Positions 32,301 to 36,704 of a stretch of DNA of 36,704 bases are shown here, piece by piece (within the stretch, counting starts at the first letter, position 1; each line of letters begins with the position of its first letter). The notes beneath the pieces are model-generated. The model did no database searches. It saw only the letters and a list, made by a program, of their open reading frames with translations, and had not been told where the DNA came from. The position numbers were made by a program, and so were the translations under genes. Source of the DNA: an uncultured bacterium (GTDB taxonomy: Bacteria > Desulfobacterota > GWC2-55-46 > DRQE01); the NCBI GenBank assembly GCA_965371285.1, contig CBDUXU010000002.1:1-36704 (forward strand), read 5' to 3'.

Positions 32301-32764
32301 CCTATAATTGCCAGCACGGTACCCATGCTAATAATCCCGTTAGCCTGGCCAAGCCTCCTCTCTTCTACAATTTCTTTTAGTACGCCAAGCTTTGCAGGGC
32401 CATAAAAGGCGCTTTGAATTCCCATAAGAGCCAGCAGCACCATTAAAACATTCCATGAACCAATGTATATGCCCCACATTGCACAGGCCAGTATTAAAAA
32501 CTCCGTAGCTTTAAAAATGAGGAGTACTTTTCTTTTTGAATGCCTGTCAGAGTACCAACCGGCAAGAGGGCCAAGAAAAACAAAGGGAAGAAGAAACAAT
32601 ATGGTAAAAGCAGAATTATATTGCCCGTGAACCTCTTTAGGCAGAGAGATATAAACAAGGGAGATAAGTATCATCTTCAGGGCATTGTCATTGAATGCTC
32701 CTGTGGCCTGGGACACGAATAATCCAAAAAAGGAATTATTTTTGAAGAGGTCTTTTATTTTCAT
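29354..32764 (-). CDS. Triple fusion: MFS lysophospholipid transporter (LplT-like) + PlsC-type acyltransferase + acyl-ACP/acyl-CoA synthetase (Aas-like)
   Basis: 1136-aa ORF. About 12 TM helices in the N-terminal ~400 aa, with YSDRHSKRKV as an MFS loop. HX4D acyltransferase motif PNHLSFVDG plus FPEGSITR. AMP-binding motifs VIFSSGSTGDPKGIVLTHNN, YGATE, TGDIGRIDDEGF and GKLDLK. Confidence 0.85.
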   Translation of the reverse strand: MKIKDLFKNNSFFGLFVSQATGAFNDNALKMILISLVYISLPKEVHGQYNSAFTILFLLPFVFLGPLAGWYSDRHSKRKVLLIFKATEFLILACAMWGIYIGSWNVLMVLLALMGIQSAFYGPAKLGVLKEIVEERRLGQANGIISMGTVLAIIGGTVAGPFLFEKFTEGGEGLSVIIPVAILVIFSLIGFVFTFRLEPLSGKSENVFTMKEFFANVGEVFDNRILRLTVIGNSYFWFAASFLYLALLLFGTNEMGMDKISSAAFLFVYLSIGVAMGSLIVAKLSIYRVETGFIPVGSLGMCVTSFLLPTLADNYWLAVGDIFLIGMFGGMFMVPLNTLLQLESDDEKRGRFIAISTMFENVGMIVAAAALGFFTGIMKLTPGDTLLILGSISLVVTVFVFRLLPEAFFRLILGVLTNTVYKIDTVGVDKIPDSGPVLLTPNHLSFVDGLVLQFGVPHRKVRFVVYESYFDKPLIGWILRMAGCIPISETRAKDAIDKTAEALGNGDVICIFPEGSITRIGFLLPFKRGVELILRKAPDETVIIPVYMDKLWGSIFSFKWSKFFKKIPERVPYPVVLFFGDPVDKNTTAFTLRQKVLELGSKAFHRRTEDYKTLASSFIRTAKHFKFHNAAADITGKPIKYFKLLTSSILMSKLISSKGDKDEMVGIILPSSSAAVIINIAVSLSGRVAVNLNFTAGEDAITKYIEKCNIERIITSKLFIKKLGLEKRDCFVYLEDMAKSIGLLPKIVTTLAVIVLPSVVIDYLYNKSTHLSGDMATVIFSSGSTGDPKGIVLTHNNIMSNLEMANEIVQFNNKDTLIGSLPLFHSFGYTITLWLSMLKGVFTVYVPDPLDAKVVGEMAGKYKATLMLGTPTFYSLYARKCTTDQFSHLRLAVAGAEKLRANVSEAFYEKFSVSIVEGYGATEMSPIVSCNIPNYNEKGVSQKGTKEGSVGLPLPGVSVKVVNPENYDKELSSNEDGMLLVSGASRMEGYLNDSLRTEEATHNGYYVTGDIGRIDDEGFIYIVGRLSRFSKIAGEMVPHIQIEEVLHKVFKLDSQMMVVSSAVDEAKGEKLVVLYLPEVSGLMDRGSVSEKLKAEGISSLWIPKEFYEVEEFPLLGSGKLDLKGIQKLAKEVTGRK

Positions 32765-32795
32765 AGTTATCTATTTTATTTACATATTTATTGAA

Positions 32796-32809
32796 ATATC
32801 AATTGATAT
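32796..32809. promoter_or_regulatory. Perfect 14-bp palindrome 32-45 nt upstream of the LplT-PlsC-Aas start codon (candidate operator)
   Basis: ATATCAATTGATAT reads identically on both strands. Confidence 0.4.
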
Positions 32810-32896
32810 AAAAAATCTAAACAAATAAAATCAAACCATTATACTATAATAACATAACAAAACTGCATAAATAAGATGACAAAAATATAATATTTT

Positions 32897-32924
32897 TTGC
32901 AAAGCACCATATTAATGATATAAT
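32897..32924 (+). promoter_or_regulatory. Sigma70-type promoter with extended -10 for the 226-aa secreted-protein gene
   Basis: TTGCAA (32897-32902), 16-nt spacer ending in TGa, TATAAT (32919-32924). About 55 nt upstream of the start codon. Confidence 0.5.
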
Positions 32925-32983
32925 CGGTCAATGATACAATTCAAGAGACGTAACTATGTGACTATCGTGACTATGTGACTATT

Positions 32984-33655
32984 ATGATAAATACACTAAA
33001 AACTATATTAATTACTCTATCCCTTATTCTCTCTGCCTCCTACAGTTATGGGGATCCAAACACCATTTCCATCCACCCTGGCACAGGCGTGGACAATCTA
33101 AAGCTCGGCCACAGTGCAAACACCTTAGGCAGGGACATGGACAGGGGCAAGTTTCTGTTTTCCGAGGAAATAACAGATAAAAAACAGCTTTCAAGGGGAT
33201 TAGTAGAAACCCGCTTCTATTCCTACAAAAACTCTGTACTGGGAGTTACCCTCTCTCTTAGCGGCAGACAATATAAACAATATAAAAAACTTCACAAGTC
33301 AGGAAAGTCTAATTTTATTGAAGCCAATGCATCTGTAAGCGAGATAAAAATAATACCCCTCCTGGGTAACATCACAGCTAGAGGTTTAATTACATCCAAA
33401 TCAACACTAAACGATGTACTCACAGTTTTTGGGCCTCTTAACCTGAAACTAACGGAAGAGGGCAAAACAATAAAATGTTTTACATCTACAATAGACCCCT
33501 CGCCCTTTAACTCAGGCGAACATGTAATGAAAATTCACTACCTAAGCGAAGGCATTAAATTTGAATTCCTAATTGCAGAAAAAAATATGCTCACAACCAT
33601 CACAATAGTCAAGGCCGGCAGATGCCTGCTAACATCAGAAGTAGAAACCTTCTAG
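32984..33655 (+). CDS. Secreted hypothetical protein
   Basis: ORF with the signal-peptide-like N-terminus MINTLKTILITLSLILSASYSYG. The ORF track starts at GTG 32975, 3 codons upstream, so the start is ambiguous. No recognisable family motif. Confidence 0.6.
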   Translation: MINTLKTILITLSLILSASYSYGDPNTISIHPGTGVDNLKLGHSANTLGRDMDRGKFLFSEEITDKKQLSRGLVETRFYSYKNSVLGVTLSLSGRQYKQYKKLHKSGKSNFIEANASVSEIKIIPLLGNITARGLITSKSTLNDVLTVFGPLNLKLTEEGKTIKCFTSTIDPSPFNSGEHVMKIHYLSEGIKFEFLIAEKNMLTTITIVKAGRCLLTSEVETF

Positions 33656-36192
33656 CCTTCGATTACTTTTACATATATTTTTTGCTTGGGATAAATAAGG
33701 TCGGGGTTTTTAATCTGGGAACTTTTGGCTAACTTGGGATAGTTAAAAGGATTGCCTGTTAAACGCCTGGCTATATGCCAAAGAGTATCTCCTTCAACTA
33801 CTACATATATTTCTGCGCCTATTGGTTTAGGCGCATTCTTTTCGAGCTTGGTAATACTAATTTCTTCATTTGCAGGGTCAATCTCTATTAATATTTGAGG
33901 GGCAGACCCTTTAACCTCCGCCTCTTCTGCCTTCTCTAAGGCTGCTGCCTCCCCAGTCTTAACTAAATCATCAGGAGTTTGGCCATCCTCTTTCGCAGAG
34001 GACTCAATTACTACTCCTCTTATAACTTCTTTGTCACCTCCCGTAGAAGAGAAAAGCATTGCCAAAATTGTAATAACAATTACCGCTCCGGCCAGCATAA
34101 GAAGCAGCCTTTTGTTTTCTTGACTGGTATCCCTACTCTCCCTATTCTTCCCAATCTCCGGAGCTTTAAATTCAGTTTCACTTGCCCTGCTGCTGAAACT
34201 GAGCGCATTAGGGTCCTTTGCAATATTCTCTTCCGCTTCTACCTCGACCTCTAAAACTTTATCTTCATTATTTTCTTTGACCTCTTCTTCATAGTCCAGA
34301 TACTCAGTTTCTTCTTTAGATGGCTTATCTTTTTTCTCTGTCTCTTTAGTGTCCTTGGTATCTTTACTATCTTTAATGTCTTTAGTCTCTGGGTTCTCTA
34401 AACTTTTTTGATATTTTAAAAATTCTTCTTTTATATTCGGTTTTTCTTCGCTGGTAACAACCTCCCGGCTATGGTCTTCCGCTTTTACACCCTCAAAAAT
34501 ACTTGCGTCAATTTTAAGTTTGTCACTGGATTCCTCACCAAACTCCTCACTAGACTCTACGCTCGACTCTACTCCCAGGTCAGTCTCTATTTCTTGCGGC
34601 AGGGCAGCTAACTCGCCAACCCCTCTCGCTTTTAGATGCTCTGCCACTTCTGCCTTTTCCCCCGTAACATCAATAACATCTTTAATATCTGGCTCCCCTT
34701 CAATCTCCATTTCCTCTAATGCAGCTCCAAAAAATTCTTTAAACTCTTCTTCGTCAAAGTCCAGAACCAAAGCCTCCATATTAAGAACCAAACCAACGGA
34801 GTCTCCCTCTACATAACAGCCGTAAACATAATCCTTATCCATGGCCATAGGCAACCTCTTCTGGTTAGACGGGTCTACTAGAGTGGAAACAGGTTTGTCT
34901 TCTGTAATTATAAATGCCTTGAAACCCTCTTTTTTAAGAAGCACCATCTTCTCATAAGGGTTCGCAGTTCTAGTTCCAAAACAAACTGCCGGGTCCAATA
35001 CAGGCAGTATCTCGCCCTTGTGTTCTACAACACCTAAAACAATTTGAGGAAGACCTTCTATGGGGCGCCACTGTTTTAAGGGGAAACTATCATCTTCCTC
35101 GGCTCTGGGGATTGCCTGTTTTAAACCCCTGATTGTAAACTGAAGCAGTGCCTGTTCTTCCTTTCCAAAACTTGCCAAAAATTCATTTACCCTGGTTTTA
35201 TAAACCGGTTTTTCTGTTTTAATTCCACCGGTGCCGGAGAGAAGTTCTTTTAAGTTTAATATAGGTACAATATTTTTCTCTTTTACTATGACACTACTTA
35301 CAATGCCGGTTCTTGCAATCTCTACAATTTCTTTTGCCTGCGTTTTAGTCGCCCCCCTGTCCCGGCCTACTAACAATCCAAGCCCCTCGGTGCTCATCGC
35401 AAAGATAGTTCCATCATCTAACGACGGCCTACTGGCCCCTGCCAGCACCCCTGCATTAAATACAACTATTAATTCTCCTTTAGTTAGGGCGAAACACTCA
35501 ACATGAGGAGGAGCAAATTTTACCTTACAGGTGCTTTCAATCTTTAACTTATCTTTATCTATAAAACTATCCCTAATGGCATAATCCAAATCGCCACTAC
35601 CACCAGGGAGTGTAAAAACTCTATGAGAATCTGACTTCTTTTCTTTTAAATTATCTGTGGATATATGAAAGGTAGGAAGTGTCCAGTCTTTCTCTTTAAC
35701 ACCTTTATACAAACTTTTTATATCTATAACAGGCACTAAACCCCTACCTGTAACTATACAACCCAAAAGTTCCGCCTGGTCCATAACTTTTGGCATTAAT
35801 AACAACTCTTTTTTGTCAATTTTTATTGTTTCAGGAGGAGACGGTGCTGCGAAACCTTCCAAAGGTTTTTTAGCGGACCTGCTGCCGATTGTAAAAAGGC
35901 AGCCGCCCTTATCCGTATTAAATTTTTTGTGGCCAAGACAAAACCCCAAGTCAAAGAAGGTTCCCGTTCTTCCCCCGGAGGTAGTCTCGCTACCGGCCTC
36001 ACTGGTAGAACTCGCATCCACTTCTATAGTTGACATGCCGGCAACCCTTTTGGGGAAATAAGGAAGTTTATGTAACTTGCGGAGACCACTGATTATGTCA
36101 TTAATATCTGACTGCCATAACCCGTAATTAAAACCCTCAATGTGGAATATCAATAAGTTGTCTGCTGCCTTTGCTTTTTTCACGGTGGTCAT
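33652..36192 (-). CDS. Multi-CheW-like-domain protein with an acidic low-complexity linker, a single TM helix and a C-terminal extracytoplasmic LysM peptidoglycan-binding domain
   Basis: 846-aa ORF. CheW-like segments: LLIFHIEGFNYGLW...LVPVIDIKSLY; ALLQFTIRGLKQAIP...GEILPVLDPAVCFG; MVLLKKEGFKAFIITED...VGLVLNMEALV. E/D/K-rich region about nt 34123-34755. TM helix LLLMLAGAVIVITILAMLF (nt 34051-34107), preceded by basic residues. LysM YVVVEGDTLWHIARRLTGNPFNYPKLAKSSQIKNPDLIYPKQKIYV (nt 33670-33807). Confidence 0.75.
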   Translation of the reverse strand: MTTVKKAKAADNLLIFHIEGFNYGLWQSDINDIISGLRKLHKLPYFPKRVAGMSTIEVDASSTSEAGSETTSGGRTGTFFDLGFCLGHKKFNTDKGGCLFTIGSRSAKKPLEGFAAPSPPETIKIDKKELLLMPKVMDQAELLGCIVTGRGLVPVIDIKSLYKGVKEKDWTLPTFHISTDNLKEKKSDSHRVFTLPGGSGDLDYAIRDSFIDKDKLKIESTCKVKFAPPHVECFALTKGELIVVFNAGVLAGASRPSLDDGTIFAMSTEGLGLLVGRDRGATKTQAKEIVEIARTGIVSSVIVKEKNIVPILNLKELLSGTGGIKTEKPVYKTRVNEFLASFGKEEQALLQFTIRGLKQAIPRAEEDDSFPLKQWRPIEGLPQIVLGVVEHKGEILPVLDPAVCFGTRTANPYEKMVLLKKEGFKAFIITEDKPVSTLVDPSNQKRLPMAMDKDYVYGCYVEGDSVGLVLNMEALVLDFDEEEFKEFFGAALEEMEIEGEPDIKDVIDVTGEKAEVAEHLKARGVGELAALPQEIETDLGVESSVESSEEFGEESSDKLKIDASIFEGVKAEDHSREVVTSEEKPNIKEEFLKYQKSLENPETKDIKDSKDTKDTKETEKKDKPSKEETEYLDYEEEVKENNEDKVLEVEVEAEENIAKDPNALSFSSRASETEFKAPEIGKNRESRDTSQENKRLLLMLAGAVIVITILAMLFSSTGGDKEVIRGVVIESSAKEDGQTPDDLVKTGEAAALEKAEEAEVKGSAPQILIEIDPANEEISITKLEKNAPKPIGAEIYVVVEGDTLWHIARRLTGNPFNYPKLAKSSQIKNPDLIYPKQKIYVKVIEG

Positions 36193-36268
36193 TATAACAC
36201 ATCGGCAGGGTTGTATATTTTCTTGAATTTTTTCCTAAAAACAGCCTGAATTGGCTTACCGCCCCTGC

Positions 36269-36297
36269 TTGCTAAACTCATAAAAATGGTGTAATAT
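36269..36297 (+). promoter_or_regulatory. Sigma70-type promoter upstream of ppa
   Basis: TTGCTA (36269-36274), 17-nt spacer, TAATAT (36292-36297). About 46 nt upstream of the start codon. Confidence 0.45.
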
Positions 36298-36342
36298 AGC
36301 TGTTTTATTACAAATAGAGAGACTAACTAAGGAGAAAGACCA

Positions 36343-36704
36343 TTGGCAACTAGCAAAAAAGGAACAAAAGCAGAAACACCAAAAAAGACTAGAAAAGCTC
36401 CGGTAGATTCAACATTTACCGCACTTATTGAAATCCCTAAGGGCAGCAGAAATAAGTACGAATATGACAAAGAAGCAAGAATGATAAAATTTGACAGAAT
36501 GCTTTACTCTTCCGTTCACTATCCAAGCGACTATGGTTTTATACCGGAAACTCTTGCTGAAGACGGTGACCCTCTCGATGTTTTAGTCCTTGTTTGGGAG
36601 CCAACCTTCCCCGGCTGTTTAATAGAAGTAAAACCAATAGGACTTTTTAACATGACTGACGACAAAGGGTTAGACGAGAAAATCCTTTGCGTACCGACAG
36701 ATGA
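36343..36704 (+). CDS. ppa: Family I inorganic pyrophosphatase, 5' partial (runs off the window end)
   Basis: Not in the ORF track because no stop lies within the window. My translation from TTG 36343: [82 protein letters not shown]...[15 protein letters not shown], which carries the canonical PPase motifs. An in-frame stop at 36328-36330 leaves TTG as the only start. AAGGAG lies 8 nt upstream. Confidence 0.85.
   Translation, partial: MATSKKGTKAETPKKTRKAPVDSTFTALIEIPKGSRNKYEYDKEARMIKFDRMLYSSVHYPSDYGFIPETLAEDGDPLDVLVLVWEPTFPGCLIEVKPIGLFNMTDDKGLDEKILCVPTD

Noticed and set aside
32958-32983. Three near-tandem copies of GTGACTAT (offsets 9 and 8 bp) at the start of the 226-aa gene.
   Set aside because: Short, irregular spacing that overlaps alternative start codons. 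I cannot tell a regulatory site from chance or slippage, and the downstream gene is itself only a hypothetical.
36191-36199. TGTTATAAT on the minus strand, the same extended -10 string as at putA, overlapping the ATG of the CheW-LysM gene.
   Set aside because: A -10 element overlapping the start codon cannot serve that start codon. The alternative, a leaderless GTG at codon 4, is unlikely. Probably coincidence, or the start-codon context simply resembles the motif.

Overview
36.7-kb stretch of an AT-rich bacterial chromosome (about 40% GC by eye, intergenic DNA much lower). I support about 27 protein-coding genes and recognise no rRNA, tRNA, CRISPR array, transposase or phage gene. Left to right: (1) a minus-strand sensory group of an HD-GYP c-di-GMP phosphodiesterase, a hemerythrin and a periplasmic haem protein, then a PAS/LuxR regulator divergent from an alpha/beta hydrolase. 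(2) An arginine-to-glutamate catabolic locus: PutA divergent from a translationally coupled pair, an archaeal-type ornithine cyclodeaminase-like protein and an arginine-dihydrolase-like amidinotransferase, which together look like a split AgrE/ArgZ. (3) A second hemerythrin, a CheY-like receiver and a membrane protein with a degenerate MCP signalling tip. (4) After an 814-bp AT-rich non-coding region, the most interesting locus: a five-gene DAB/Mps-type inorganic-carbon pump operon. It has two tandem DabB (NuoL-like) paralogues, a third truncated antiporter-like membrane subunit, a 1067-aa DabA (DUF2309) with all four putative Zn ligands, and a PII-like protein. Described DABs are two-gene systems. 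(5) Two tandem REC-PilZ c-di-GMP receptors. The second heads an apparent operon encoding a lipase/PLA2-like fusion, a GlpD-family FAD oxidoreductase, a DegT-family aminotransferase and a small membrane protein. This operon converges on an MFS(LplT)-PlsC-Aas triple fusion, so the region looks like a lipid-remodelling neighbourhood. (6) An 846-aa protein with several CheW-like domains, an acidic linker, one TM helix and a C-terminal LysM domain. (7) The 5' part of an inorganic pyrophosphatase gene. All functional calls rest on motifs read by eye; no database search was possible.
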